Below are positions 27,140 through 41,589 of a stretch of DNA of 63,916 nt, piece after piece. Location of the stretch: contig NC_068984.1 in assembly GCF_001194135.2 (NCBI RefSeq), forward strand, positions 51,022,115 through 51,086,030, written 5' to 3'. The notes beneath the pieces were generated by a model. The model did not search any database. It was not told the origin of the DNA and saw only the letters and a program-made list of their open reading frames with translations. Made by a program: the position numbers and the translations under genes. The DNA is from Octopus bimaculoides. Taxonomy: Eukaryota. Each line of letters opens with the position of its first letter. Position 1 is the first letter of the stretch.

Positions 27140-27315
27140 CGATTCTAAAGCGTCAGGTGGTGCTGGTATATTTACGTCCCCGTAACTTAGCGGTTCGGCA
27201 AAAGAGGCAGATGACTAAATACTAGGTTTACAAAGAATAAGCTCCGGAGTCGATTTGCTCCACTAAAGGCGCTGCTCCAGCATGGCCGCAGTCAAATGAC
27301 TGAAACAATTAAAAG
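27140..27315 (+). mobile_element. SINE family A, 3' half
   Basis: TTTACGTCCCCGTAACTTAGCGGTTCGGCAAAAGAG...CCAGCATGGCCGCAGTCAAATGACTGAAAC. Confidence 0.85.
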
Positions 27316-28325
27316 AATAAAAGAAGATATATATATATTTATATATATATATATATATATATATNNNNNNNNNNNNNNNNNNNNNNNNNNNNNNNNNNNN
27401 NNNNNNNNNNNNNNNNNNNNNNNNNNNNNNNNNNNNNNNNNNNNNNNNNNNNNNNNNNNNNNNNNNNNNNNNNNNNNNNNNNNNNNNNNNNNNNNNNNNN
27501 NNNNNNNNNNNNNNNNNNNNNNNNNNNNNNNNNNNNNNNNNNNNNNNNNNNNNNNNNNNNNNNNNNNNNNNNNNNNNNNNNNNNNNNNNNNNNNNNNNNN
27601 NNNNNNNNNNNNNNNNNNNNNNNNNNNNNNNNNNNNNNNNNNNNNNNNNNNNNNNNNNNNNNNNNNNNNNNNNNNNNNNNNNNNNNNNNNNNNNNNNNNN
27701 NNNNNNNNNNNNNNNNNNNNNNNNNNNNNNNNNNNNNNNNNNNNNNNNNNNNNNNNNNNNNNNNNNNNNNNNNNNNNNNNNNNNNNNNNNNNNNNNNNNN
27801 NNNNNNNNNNNNNNNNNNNNNNNNNNNNNNNNNNNNNNNNNNNNNNNNNNNNNNNNNNNNNNNNNNNNNNNNNNNNNNNNNNNNNNNNNNNNNNNNNNNN
27901 NNNNNNNNNNNNNNNNNNNNNNNNNNNNNNNNNNNNNNNNNNNNNNNNNNNNNNNNNNNNNNNNNNNNNNNNNNNNNNNNNNNNNNNNNNNNNNNNNNNN
28001 NNNNNNNNNNNNNNNNNNNNNNNNNNNNNNNNNNNNNNNNNNNNNNNNNNNNNNNNNNNNNNNNNNNNNNNNNNNNNNNNNNNNNNNNNNNNNNNNNNNN
28101 NNNNNNNNNNNNNNNNNNNNNNNNNNNNNNNNNNNNNNNNNNNNNNNNNNNNNNNNNNNNNNNNNNNNNNNNNNNNNNNNNNNNNNNNNNNNNNNNNNNN
28201 NNNNNNNNNNNNNNNNNNNNNNNNNNNNNNNNNNNNNNNNNNNNNNNNNNNNNNNNNNNNNNNNNNNNNNNNNNNNNNNNNNNNNNNNNNNNNNNNNNNN
28301 NNNNNNNNNNNNNNNNNNNNNNNNN

Positions 28326-28399
<74 letters not shown>

Positions 28400-29642
28400 C
28401 CTCTCTCTCTTGCATCCATTCTTTCTTTCCCTACCTCCTTCTCTTCTTTTTTCTCTTCCTCTAAATGCATACATCGGTTCTCTACTTATTTAGATACCAT
28501 TGTTACAATAAATATTCTGAAAGCGTGGTGAATGGCAGAAGCGTTAGAGCATCGGACAAGGTAACTTACAGTACTTACTTCAGATCATTAAACAATCTGA
28601 GCTCAAATCAGGTCGATGTCATCTTAGTCTTTTATCGTTCCAGGATCATTAATATAAAAAAAATGCAGAAAAAACAAAGGATTGATTTAATTGATTATAA
28701 CCCACAGCAAGTATATGGCCTTATCCCACTATAAGATCAATATTATTTTGGGGGAAATATTGGCGGAATCTTTAGAGTATAGAATAGAATGGTTAGTTCA
28801 CATAATTCTGTAAGGAGCATAGGACCAGTTTCTCTAGCGTATATAATCCTCCTAGGAGAGGACGCCGGTCCGTCGCAGAGTTATTCATTTTTTACAAGAT
28901 GAGTGGATTGGAGCAACGTGAAATGAAGTAATTTTTACTTATTCATCGACCTCTTTTGGAAGGCAAACGGCGGAGGAATGTAGTAGTTAGTAACGAATTT
29001 TTACATTCTGATTTCAAATCCCGTTGTGGTCATTTAAGGCAGAGATTTTAAACCACAACTCCGCGCACAGTGCGGGTGTACTGCGTAACGTTAAAGTGAT
29101 TCAGAAGGTATTTAGAAAAACTTGAGGAATTTTAATGGATTATAGTGGTGCACGTGCATTTCTTTGCAACCAAAGGCAGCAGTTACCTCTGTATGAGAAA
29201 AAAGTTTTGTTCACGTTTATTTATTTTCACTTTAAAACTTTAAATTAAAGAGAATTGATTGTGTGCCGCAACATTTTTGGCATATTACTTAGTCAGGTGT
29301 AGTTAAAAAGATAAAACAAAATAACATACAAATTCGCTAGTTTGGAGGTTGATGATATTGATTTCAAATTTTATAACAAGGTTAGCAATTTCAGGTGAGA
29401 AGTTTAAGTCGATGACATTGACTCCAGCACTCAAATGGTACTTATTTTATCAAACCCTAAAGGCTGAAAGGCAAAGTCGACCGACCTCAGTGGAATTTGC
29501 ACTCAGAACGTAATGATGGACGAAATACCGCTAAGCATTTACCCGGCGTGCGGGAAAGATTCTGCAAACTTTCCGCACTACATAGAGGTCGATGATATTA
29601 ATATTGGTTTCAAATTTTGACACAAGGTCAGCAATTTTGCTT

Positions 29643-29682
<40 letters not shown>

Positions 29683-30051
29683 NNNNNNNNNNNNNNNNNN
29701 NNNNNNNNNNNNNNNNNNNNNNNNNNNNNNNNNNNNNNNNNNNNNNNNNNNNNNNNNNNNNNNNNNNNNNNNNNNNNNNNNNNNNNNNNNNNNNNNNNNN
29801 NNNNNNNNNNNNNNNNNNNNNNNNNNNNNNNNNNNNNNNNNNNNNNNNNNNNNNNNNNNNNNNNNNNNNNNNNNNNNNNNNNNNNNNNNNNNNNNNNNNN
29901 NNNNNNNNNNNNNNNNNNNNNNNNNNNNNNNNNNNNNNNNNNNNNNNNNNNNNNNNNNNNNNNNNNNNNNNNNNNNNNNNNNNNNNNNNNNNNNNNNNNN
30001 NNNNNNNNNNNNNNNNNNNNNNNNNNNNNNNNNNNNNNNNNNNNNNNNNNN

Positions 30052-30115
<64 letters not shown>

Positions 30116-30466
30116 GTGTGTACGTATGTATGTATGTATGTCTGCATTACTACAAGTTGTATGGATGATGTTGGTTAATCGAAGTTTTCAGTTCAGTATA
30201 TCACATGCGGAACCCTACGATCCATGCATTTATTGTGGAGGAGCTGATGAAATAAGCGACAGTGGTAGTGATTGGGAGAATAGAGGTCGATGATAAGGAT
30301 GACGATGCTACAGCGGTTGACGATGATAGTGAGATTGTGATGATGACGAAAAAGGCATTAATGATAGCTGAAGTGGCGTAGGGAGAAGAGCTGTTTGACG
30401 ACAAGAGTTGAAAGATCAAGACATTTATTATATAGAAGATCGGTGGCGCCGCCAAGCATTAAATAT

Positions 30467-30526
<60 letters not shown>

Positions 30527-30887
30527 NNNNNNNNNNGCACGCAGATCTAGACTGGAATTCTTTGAAAAAAAAAAAGCGGGGCAGAAGAATTATTAAAGAA
30601 CAACATACAACACAACGAACAAGAAAACTAAATATAAAAGCAATAGCGACAAAAGAACATTAACAAACTAAAAAGACATCAAATAAAAACAGGATAAATA
30701 TAACCCTTTACAGAAGGTTTCATCAACATAAGCCGATATTGACTAAATCTCATGTCTCTTACTCCTCGCTTTCTCCTGAAATTCTGGCGATCACTTTGTT
30801 GCCATATCTGCAGCGAGCTTGTACCAGAGTGTGTGTATTTTATGTATACTTTATATGTGCATTATATATATATATATATATATGCAT

Positions 30888-30936
<49 letters not shown>

Positions 30937-31188
30937 NNNNNNNNNNNNNNNNNNNNNNNNNNNNNNNNNNNNNNNNNNNNNNNNNNNNNNNNNNNNNNNN
31001 NNNNNNNNNNNNNNNNNNNNNNNNNNNNNNNNNNNNNNNNNNNNNNNNNNNNNNNNNNNNNNNNNNNNNNNNNNNNNNNNNNNNNNNNNNNNNNNNNNNN
31101 NNNNNNNNNNNNNNNNNNNNNNNNNNNNNNNNNNNNNNNNNNNNNNNNNNNNNNNNNNNNNNNNNNNNNNNNNNNNNNNNNNNNNNNN

Positions 31189-31236
<48 letters not shown>

Positions 31237-31991
31237 TATTTATATATAATATCATACAAACGCGCGCATATATATGTATAGCTATCAGTGTATATTTATT
31301 AATACAGGCCTATACATATATATGTATGCATATATGTTTATATATACGCGCGCGCGCATTTGTGTGTGTAATATATATATATATATTATCCGTGTATGTG
31401 TTTATGTATGGATCTATACACACATATAATATATATGTACGTGTCTATGTCCATGTCAAACATTCAATATAAAGAGAGTGTTGTTTTCTTTGAACAATCC
31501 TGGGTTATTGATAAACTATAATTGATTTCTTTTCTCTGAGACACAACGCTTGAAATTTATTAGGGGAGGAAAACCAAATAAGATTGTATAATGTTAATGC
31601 ATATTTTAAGGTCATTAACGGCGCAAGCGAAAAACATTTCAGCTTGTCTGGGAATCGAAATCAGTTTGAGCTCTCAGGTCATGAGGAAAATAGTTTTAGT
31701 ATTATATAAAATGAAAATTGATTTAGACTCAGCGGTGTGATTAGAAAAACAACATCAACACTAATACGCATGTAAGGAAATTGAATGAAGCGCATCTGAG
31801 GCATATCTTCATAAAAAACAAGAGTGATTATCAAATAGCGAAGTTAAATGCTACCATACATAATGTGGTGAGCACGATAGACTGGTTATTCCTAGGAAGA
31901 CACAAGACGTAAATAGATTTTGAAGAAAGAAAGAAAGAAAGAAAAAGAACATATATTTAGTCCAAACGGAAAGTAGTTATCTGCAGTAGGT

Positions 31992-32054
<63 letters not shown>

Positions 32055-32510
32055 AGCCTGTTTTCCAACAGCATTCAAATATAGAGATACCAGCTAAAAA
32101 TGCAAAGAATAAAGTAATGGGAAAATTCATCAGATTTCTTCATAAATATGTGTGTGCGTGTGTGCGTATAAACGTTATATATGTGTGTGTGTGTGTGTGT
32201 GTGTGCGTGCGTGCGTGTGTGTTTATGTATGTGTGTTTGTATGTTCAGTATGAAGATGTCCGATGTAATCCAGATGGGAGCCCAATGTAGAATTTCCAGG
32301 TTGAGTAAAGACCAGAGAAAGTCCGCTTAAGCGTTAAATATGTGGATTAAAGGCAATGAATATTACAAAGACTAATACGAGAAGAATAGAGTTTGACGAT
32401 TGTGGTATTACCTTAACGATTCAATGGCGAAAGATAGTGCATCAACGATTCGGACTTTAGTCCATCATTGGAAAAAAGAAACGGAAAATGAAAAAAAAGA
32501 AAAAACAAAC

Positions 32511-32610
<100 letters not shown>

Positions 32611-33656
32611 CTGAGTGCATAAATGAGAAGAAGAAAGGATAAAAGACACTGGCGTAAGATGAAAGGTTAGAAACCAGAGGGAATACATTTGTATTAAGAC
32701 GCTAAGAAAGAGGTAGGGGCGAATGTGTAGATGCATGCATCTGTGTCTGGAAATGGTATAAGTGGGAATGGTGTGCGCGTGCGTGTATTAGTATGGTGCA
32801 TACGTATGTATTGATCTGTACAAGTGTGGAAGAACGGCTAGTTGCTTAGTGGCACTTCGGCGTGCGCGCGCACACGCTTCCGTGCGTGTGTGTGTATGTG
32901 TTATTAGGTTAATAGTGTGAAACTGTGTATGTGAGGATATATGTTTGAGGTTGGAGAAATAAAGCCATTTATTTTATCAATACCTTCATATCCATCCACT
33001 CTCATACATGGTATAGCAAGAGCAAGGTGAAAGGTACTACTTTATAAGTGTAGACGTTCAGAAACGAAAGCTCTTTACATTGTCGGTTCAAATCCAACCA
33101 AGGTCAAATTTGCCTTTCATACTTTTCGGGTCAGTAAAATAAAATACTGATTGAGTATTGGAGTCAATGTAATCAATAAATGTTCCTGTTTTAAAGCTGA
33201 TAGCCTTGTTCCAGAATTGGAAACAGATAAGGAAGCCGGTTAGCAGGCTCGTTAGAGCGTTGGAAAATACCTTGCCCAATTTATCTTGGATCTTTATATT
33301 CTGGGTTCAGGTCCTGCCGAAGTCAACTTTATATTTTATCTTCTTGGGATCGATAAAATAAAGTACCAGGCAAAACAATGGGATCGATGGTATCGACTAA
33401 CCCTTCCCATAAATTTCTGGCTTTGTGTCTCTATTACAAACGGATGTCTAAGATGGCAAAATGCCTTGCGGTATTTCTTTCCATTCATTAGGTTCTGAGT
33501 TCAAATTTCACCGGGCTCGACTTTACCTTTCATTCTTCTGGGGTCGATAAATGAAGATCCCAGTCAAGTGCCGACCTGTGCAATAACTTAAGGCAATGAT
33601 CACCATAATCAGCAATGGTGGTGGCGGTGGTGGTGGTGGTGGTTGTGGTGGTGGTG

Positions 33657-33714
<58 letters not shown>

Positions 33715-34949
33715 CTGAGACAATCTTTTGAAGTTCTTATTCTTTTCAATATAACGATATTTTCAGATCTTTAATAGAATTTCCGAATCGACTTGAAGCA
33801 CCGGCAACATTAATATTTCTTATGCCATTGTCTTTATTTCCTACCCCAGTCCTGGATCCAATTTCTTCTTTCTCTTGAGACTGTTATTATAATTTTATGT
33901 CTTCGTTTTTTTCTTTCTTCTTTAACTCTTATTCAAAGAGATCGATATGTAATGATTTAATAATCAATCATCTGAACTCAAGGCAACATGTTATTTTATT
34001 TTGAGCTTGTTGATAGTTTTCAGTGTCTTCATTTCTACGTCTTTTCATTTTCGTTATTTATTCGGGGATACATAAAATCGGCAGAAAATTGATTGATCGG
34101 ATAAGCTTTTTGAACTACTAATTAAAAGGTGTTGAGATCAATTAATAGATGTTCGTTGTATCTCTACGAGAAAGAAATTTTTACGTGACTCAGTTCTGCT
34201 TCTTGAAAAATGATACCAAATCACTTACTAAAAATTGAGGTCCTAACCAGTTAGTCAATGCGTTGTTATATAGCAAATGAGGTGATATTTTCACCATGAA
34301 TCATCAAGATCATGACCGTCATCATCATCGTGACAGCTTGGGCAAATGCTTTTTACTACAGCGTCGAGTTTATCGAAGCCCATGTGAGGAAAATTGAATA
34401 AACAGAAAATGTTTTAAATGCAAATGGATAAGATTGAACCTGTTATTCAATGGTTCAGCCTTGATGCTTATCGTGTCAACTCTTGGTTCTGATATCGTTG
34501 TCTATAACATCTGATTTTCCTGCCCTCTGAAGTATGCTGCAAAAATCGCTTGCCTCGAATCCATCAAGATCATATTCTACCTACACGTGGCACAGAAGTA
34601 TTTCCAAACATTAGCTAGAGTGACAGTTTTCAGTGCCTTCCATGAAGCTGCTAAACTAAATATTCTAAACTTGAGATTGTAGTTCTTGATGTTACTAAGA
34701 TTTATGTGTCCTCTTGTATCTTTTCTTCAGAACTTCATTCACATATCTTTGTACGTATTTTCTCTTGTAGGTCACAGTTATACATTTAACTCTTGAATGC
34801 ATCTTAAAAGGTAACGCTGGGCGGCAAGAATAGATCAGTTATTTTACCAGTGTTGCTTTGTTCAATAATTGTCATCCCTTCACCTCACCACCAGAAAGTT
34901 TTAGAATATCTTGGTATTTATGCACTGCAAGAATGAAATGCGAGAGAAA

Positions 34950-35640
34950 ATTGTCATTAAAGATAAGCATGTTGAACCACAGTTAAGTAGAATTGTATAA
35001 CCTATAGTAGCTACCAGGTCATATGTAAATGTGGCATATTTCCACTTCACAGAGGCCATCGATGAAGTCAATCATTGAATGATACGTAACAAATTGTATG
35101 ATAGCATATATGGAAAACTAGGTAAGTGTCGGCTTTACTTTTGGGGAGGCTTAAGTCGGGCAGTTTGAACGTTAATTTTGAGCGGGGTCCTTCAGAGAAT
35201 TTATAGAGGCTATTGTAGTGGTTCTTTCTCGGACATACTCTGAGTTATATAAGCAACCACACTCACTAGCTATGCTGACGATACAGAGGCATCATAGGCG
35301 AAGAAAACCTGACGGTGTCACCAACACAGTTATTGATATACATGTGGGCTGAAAGAAAACAACAGGCAATTTCAAGGATTTGTTTATAGGACAAGAAATA
35401 CATCACAGTCAGGATACACAGAACAAGGAGGTATTACAATCTGAGAGTCGGTATTGTATCGGTATTGCAATTCCAGACTCACAGTCAACGCATAACCCGG
35501 ACAGGATGGGGAAGGTCAATATAAATAATGATGCATCATTTCATACACATATTACTGAGGTAGCAGCAATTTGCAGATGAGAGGACGGTCGTTGGTACAT
35601 GTAACCTAATGTATCCGTAATGCGGAGATGCCTGTATAAC
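34950..35640 (+). pseudogene. CR1/L2-type LINE reverse transcriptase relic
   Basis: YVNVAYFHFTEAIDEVNH (cf. DVIYLDFAKAFDKVDH), LTSYADDT and VNINNDASFHTHI occur in colinear order with stops and frameshifts. Confidence 0.65.
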
Positions 35641-36275
35641 GGTGTGTGACCTGAAATAATTAAATACTAGAATAAAAATAGGAAACTTCAGCACGTTTAT
35701 GAAACCACGCTGTTGACATCACACAAACTAATATTTCTTTTTCACTATTCAATTTCTCTTTGTTTCTGTCTTAGTATTAAATTCAGTTCGCCTTTGCCGA
35801 CAAGTTTGTCTGTCGATTTTTCTCCCTCAGTTTCTCTCAATCCATTATTTTACAGTAAACCATAGATTCATAGGGATAGTAGATGGTAATTTGAGAGACT
35901 CGCATTTCTTCCCAAGGGTTATTTATCAGAATTAATAAAGTAATAGTTCTACACACATAGAGAAGCACTGACAACACACACTCGCGCGCGCACATTTAAT
36001 CTGTACATGTTAGTACACATATAATGTAGTTGGGCGTTGACCAGTGATGTCAGTTCGATTCTCCCTAGATGCACACTAATTTCTCTCCTTATATCTGTGT
36101 TTATTTACTTTCTTTCTTCCATTTTCTCAATCTCCCACCCCTTTCTGTGTGTCTGTGTTTGAAACACACACACACACATGTATATATATATATATATATA
36201 TATATATGGGAGAATATACAAAAAATAACAACAGACGAGGACAGGTGGTGTAAATAACAAAAGTATATATTAGTA

Positions 36276-36675
36276 TGCACAAAGTATGTTATGAAACCCT
36301 AGATTACGCTATTTCTATAACGTCTATATTAATCCGAGTGCTGTGGTGCAGTAAATTTNNNNNNNNNNNNNNNNNNNNNNNNNNNNNNNNNNNNNNNNNN
36401 NNNNNNNNNNNNNNNNNNNNNNNNNNNNNNNNNNNNNNNNNNNNNNNNNNNNNNNNNNNNNNNNNNNNNNNNNNNNNNTTTGTAAGTGCCTTTATAGATG
36501 TCTACATTCATCTTTCTCTCAACGGCATTCACAACGTAAGTGAAGCGGACCCACGAGGGAATCGAAACCCGGTCGGTGATTCGGTTCGCTGCAAATTTAC
36601 TGCACCACAGCACTCGGATTAATATAGACGTTATAGAAATAGCGTAATCTAGGGTTTCATAACATACTTTGTGCA
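36276..36675. repeat. Perfect 83-bp inverted repeat spanning a gap
   Basis: 36276-36358 is the reverse complement of 36593-36675. Confidence 0.9.
36480..36625 (-). mobile_element. Probable tRNA-headed SINE fragment
   Basis: Minus strand reads TGTGGTGCAGTAAA...GGTTTCGATTCCC (A-box-like and B-box-like). Confidence 0.4.
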
Positions 36676-36803
36676 CTCGCACACATATACACTTACACAG
36701 ATGTATGTACAAATGAGTGTGAATGTGTGTGTGTGTGTGTGTGTGTGGGTATGTGTGCGCACCTATGTACATATTTGAATGTCTATGTGTGTATATGCGT
36801 GTG

Positions 36804-36851
<48 letters not shown>

Positions 36852-37267
36852 CAAACCATTTGTCCTTAGTTTGTATTGTGCATCGTTGCGTTTAATTGTA
36901 TGTCTGCGGAGCCTACTTCTGGTTTCGTTATGTATATAAACATAAAGCTTTATAAAATTACAATATATATATACATATATATATATACAAACTCATACAC
37001 CCATATATAAACACACACGCACGCACGCACGCACACGCACACACACACACACACTTGCAAGCATATATATATTTAAGAATATTGATATTAGTATCCATTT
37101 GTCTATTTATCTAACCAGCTCTCTCCGTCTCTCTCACTTCACTCTCTCTCCTACCCCTCTCTCTATATCTCTCTCTCTACACATACTCATGCGCGCGCGC
37201 ACTCACACATTCACATTTATATTTATATGTCTATCGTCCAAACAAATGACATTGTCTCTCACTCTCT

Positions 37268-37305
<38 letters not shown>

Positions 37306-37664
37306 ACACGCACGACGCACACAGATAGATCGATCGATCGATTGATAGATAAACAGGTAAAGAGATAGATAGGCACAAATGCATACATGTGTTTGTGTGT
37401 GTGTGTGTGTGTGTGCATGTACTTATAAATGTACTACTGTACAGCATGAAATTTATATTAAAGTAAACATTTTCTTTATATTTTTGTTTGGTTTGAAGAA
37501 GGATTTGTATCTTTGGTCTTCGTAGTCCCTCTGAGGCTGGTGTGATTGATAGCGCTGCCGTTACACTTGAACTGATGCCAGTCAACGACTGCAGAAAGAG
37601 CATGCGCAGAGGGATGATAATTCTAGACAGTTGACGTACTGGGAGAACAGGGACTAGTGATTAA

Positions 37665-37713
37665 GCAACATTCAGGCAACGTACTAGTGATTAGTATGTT
37701 GCCTGAGTGTTGC
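37665..37713 (+). ncRNA. Hairpin with a 22-bp stem; pre-miRNA-like candidate
   Basis: GCAACATTCAGGCAACGTACTA-gtgat-TAGTATGTTGCCTGAGTGTTGC; both non-Watson-Crick pairs are G:U on the + strand. Confidence 0.3.
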
Positions 37714-38648
37714 TCACAACATCGCTGATAAAAGGAGATGAGATGCTTAAATAGGTAAGGCTTGAATGACCAGCTCTGAGAAGACGAATTCATTTTAGCA
37801 AAATTCATAGCAAAATTAGCAATACCAGACGTAACAGCAATCATAGTAATGTTGTCAATAACCAACAACAGCAACAGTAATAGTAATCACAACAACGACA
37901 TTACAAGCAGCAACAACAGAAACAGTTGTGTCAACATTACATTCCTTTCCTACTAAACCTGTTAAACAAGCATAATCAAATGTTGAAACACACAACTTCG
38001 TCTTAAAAATATGGAAGGACATATTTGATAAAGCAACCGTAGATCCATATCTGGAACAAATAAAATCCAAGAGTTGAGGCTGATCATTGTTGAAACGTCC
38101 TCGGTCAAAAAGTGCGCTTGGTTAGGGAGGGTCTGTGGCTACAAAATAGTTGTATACGTTTGACCATAGACATGTTCGATCAGACTTGACCTAGTGACTA
38201 AATAATCACTACAGCGACAACTATAACACTTGTTATTTCTTGTATCATGAAAATGTCATATGCTTGTAGAGGTTATAGGTTATCTTACAATTGAATCGAA
38301 TCCATGACTTATCTGGTAGTTACGTACATTACCGAGAGGCAGAGTGAGAGAGAGAGAGACAGACAGACAGACAGAGAGACAGAGAGACAGACAGACAGAG
38401 AATAGAGAGTTGACTTCAGACATATTGCTTGATGGGAGAAATACTTCATTCTGTGATTTAACACGACCATCTGGCACTTGAGACATTCTGTGACAAACAT
38501 TCAAGACAGGATGATTTTTTTTTTCTCATCAGTCTCAAAAGCTCCGAAAAGGGTCACGAATGCTCACTTTTCCTCCTTGTGACTAAGCAATAAGGATACA
38601 GAGTGGAGTCAGAAAGAGAGATAAACAGAGAGAGAGAGGGAGAGGGGG

Positions 38649-38685
<37 letters not shown>

Positions 38686-39586
38686 GAAGTATGGTAAAAT
38701 ATTTGAAGAGGCTCTTTAATGTCATCTTTGAATTTCCAACAACATAGGGCCATAAAACTGTAGGAAAAGGATGCTGTCGATAGAAATCTACCTCAGTGTA
38801 TTGCTGGCACTTGATCGGCCCTGGCGAGATAAAGATAAATACTGACATTTGAACTCGGCATATTATGGAAGGAAACCAAAATATTGTAATGTCTTTAATT
38901 CTCAATGAACTATTGTTTCTGCCACTCCCGCTAACCTAGTTACTCCTTTCAAAAAGAACAAACATTTTCAATGCAGACATCAAGTGGTGTATTTAGTCTG
39001 TACACACTACATTTTGAGCGAAGTTTCAGCGAAAAGGCTTCTGTGTTGTGACTTGAACTGTGAGAAGTAACAGCCAAACCTCTCTCAATACACATCGCAA
39101 TGCAATTTTTAAAGAATGACGCTTGGAGGATGTAGTACCAATGACTTATAAGGGAAAAGAAAGGCAGCATGGTGACGTGATACGACGCTTTTATCGTAGT
39201 GCAACGTATTCAGCAGACCTAATCTAGTCCCCAAGAACAACAACTATTTGAATCAGGCCAATTGCAACCAGCAATACAAGGGAGTTAAACTATTCTCATT
39301 AACTGAACACTATTACAACTAAGCACCACATTTACCACAATCTCCACCTTCACCGCCACTATAACCTCCTTCATAGCTACCACCACTACTATACTCCACA
39401 ACATCGCTACAACTATAACAGCTAAAATCACCAATATACTACTATTATTATTACTACCACCACCACTGCCACTGCTACTACTATCACTTCTACTACTATC
39501 ACTTCTACTACTATTACTACTACTNNNNNNNNNNGCTACTACTATCACTTCTACTACTATCACTTCTACTACTATTACTACTACTT

Positions 39587-39620
<34 letters not shown>

Positions 39621-39646
39621 CAACACTACTACTACTTCTACTGCGT

Positions 39647-39700
<54 letters not shown>

Positions 39701-40307
39701 TTACTACCAGATACTACCACAAAGACTGTCATCAAAAACAAATATCTAAAAAATTATTTTCCATAAATGTTAGCATTACCAACAAGTGATATACGTGTGT
39801 GTGTGTGTGTGCGTGCGCACGCGCACGAGCTGTGCCTGTGTTTATGTGTCTACACATACACTAATCAAATCGACATACATTCATAAATGCATATGCATCC
39901 ATACGCAATACATATAGACGTGTGAGACTATGTACATAAGCACACTCACACATACATACACATACACACACACACACCAACATATACAATACATATACAT
40001 AAACTCCCTACACACATACACATACGTATACAAATTCACATTTATACTTACGTACACAAATTAGCACATTTACACGTGCACACGTATAGACACACTCAAA
40101 GAAGCATATTTATGCATATACATATGTACACATGCGTATTTGCATATACACCTATACACACATCCACATACGCACGTTCACAAGTAGCTACAGACATACA
40201 CATTTACGAACACACACATAGATGCACTTTAACAGAGGAACATTCATTCACGTATGTATGTAGATAGACACGCATCCACATACATACACTAGGACATCTA
40301 TGCATAC

Positions 40308-40391
40308 ATGAAATGTTGAAGACAACTTTTTCCTGCACCAGTGGAGCCGTTTGGCAGCAGCGGTGCATACTAACTGTCGGTCGGCGTCCAA
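40308..40391 (-). other. Candidate 84-nt exon
   Basis: Acceptor ccctagttcttttgtcacag, donor gtatgc, GC-rich island, two frames open (LDADRQLVCTAAAKRLHWCRKKLSSTFH and GRRPTVSMHRCCQTAPLVQEKVVFNIS). Confidence 0.3.
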
Positions 40392-41589
40392 CTGTGACAA
40401 AAGAACTAGGGTGAACGAGTGGTATTCGTTGAATGTATATGGAGAAAGAAATGGAATAGAAAGACGTGGTCGAGATAACACGGTGGTGGTGGTGGTGGTG
40501 GTGGTGGTGGTTGCAGTAATGGTGCAAGTGATGATGGTAGCGGTGTTGATGGTTGTTGGCGGATGTGTTAGTTCTTTGGTAGTTGTAGTGGATGGGAATT
40601 GATGAGGGTTGATGGTGTGGCGGTTGTTTTTTTTATTTTTTAGTCGTGATTTTTGGTGGTGGTGGTGGCGGTGGTGGGTTTTTGTTATGTTAATGTTTTT
40701 GGTGGGCATGTGTGCTAGTGCTAGTCGTAGCGAAGTTGATAGACAAGGTGGGAGTGTTGGTGTTTGAGGTGATTGTGGTGTTGATAGCTAGGATGGGTGT
40801 GTTAGTACTTGTAGTGATTTTGCTGTTGATAGATGTAGTGGGAATCAATGATGGTGGTAGTGGTGGTTGTGTTAGTGCGATGGCAGTTAAGTTCGTTGTG
40901 ATGCTAATGTTATTGATAATATTTTTGGTGGGTATCAGAGAGATGGTTACAGTAAGGTTACTGATAATTTTGGTGATAACAGTGAAGAGGTTTTTAACGG
41001 TGGTGGTGGTACGGTTGCGTGGTTGTACTGTTTTTGTGAATGTTGTAATTATGTTATGAATGTGATAGTGATAGTTGCGTTGTTGTAGCAATGGTGATCA
41101 GAATGTTGCTATTGTTGTTGAAGTAATGGTGATCAGAATGTTGCTATTGTTGTAATCCCTGTTTAACCCCAGATCATCTCTGATCCAGCAGATTGATAAT
41201 CAACACCGACATAGCTGTGATTATTTTGTCTTAATGAATTGTCCGCTACATACTTCACTTTTTTACATTGAAAGTAAATGATTAAGATTTTGGCTGTTTT
41301 TACTAGCAAGTTGAGCGAACATACAAAGACTCCTTCGTTTCTCGTGCGTTGCTAATGTAACCTTGACGGTGGTGTTGCTATTGTGTTGATGGTGGTGGAT
41401 TCCTTGTTATTCTGAAGGCTAAAACTAATCATAAGAGAATAGCAAAGTCCGATATACAAGCAATGAAGTTATTATTTGTTTAGTTGATGCTAATTATACT
41501 GGGCTTTGAACTGACTGCAGTTGAGGATGCAGCTACTGTAGCTTCTGTTGTTGCCACTATTGTCGTTTGTTGCTACAATTCAGTTTATC

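Noticed and set aside
39470-39590. Apparent ~50-bp direct duplication around a 10-N gap (also at 56735-56850)
   Set aside because: Typical unmerged contig overlap.
40480-41150. 115-153 aa Val/Thr-rich ORFs
   Set aside because: Degenerate GTG/GAT/GTT trinucleotide low-complexity sequence with stops in other frames and no splice support.
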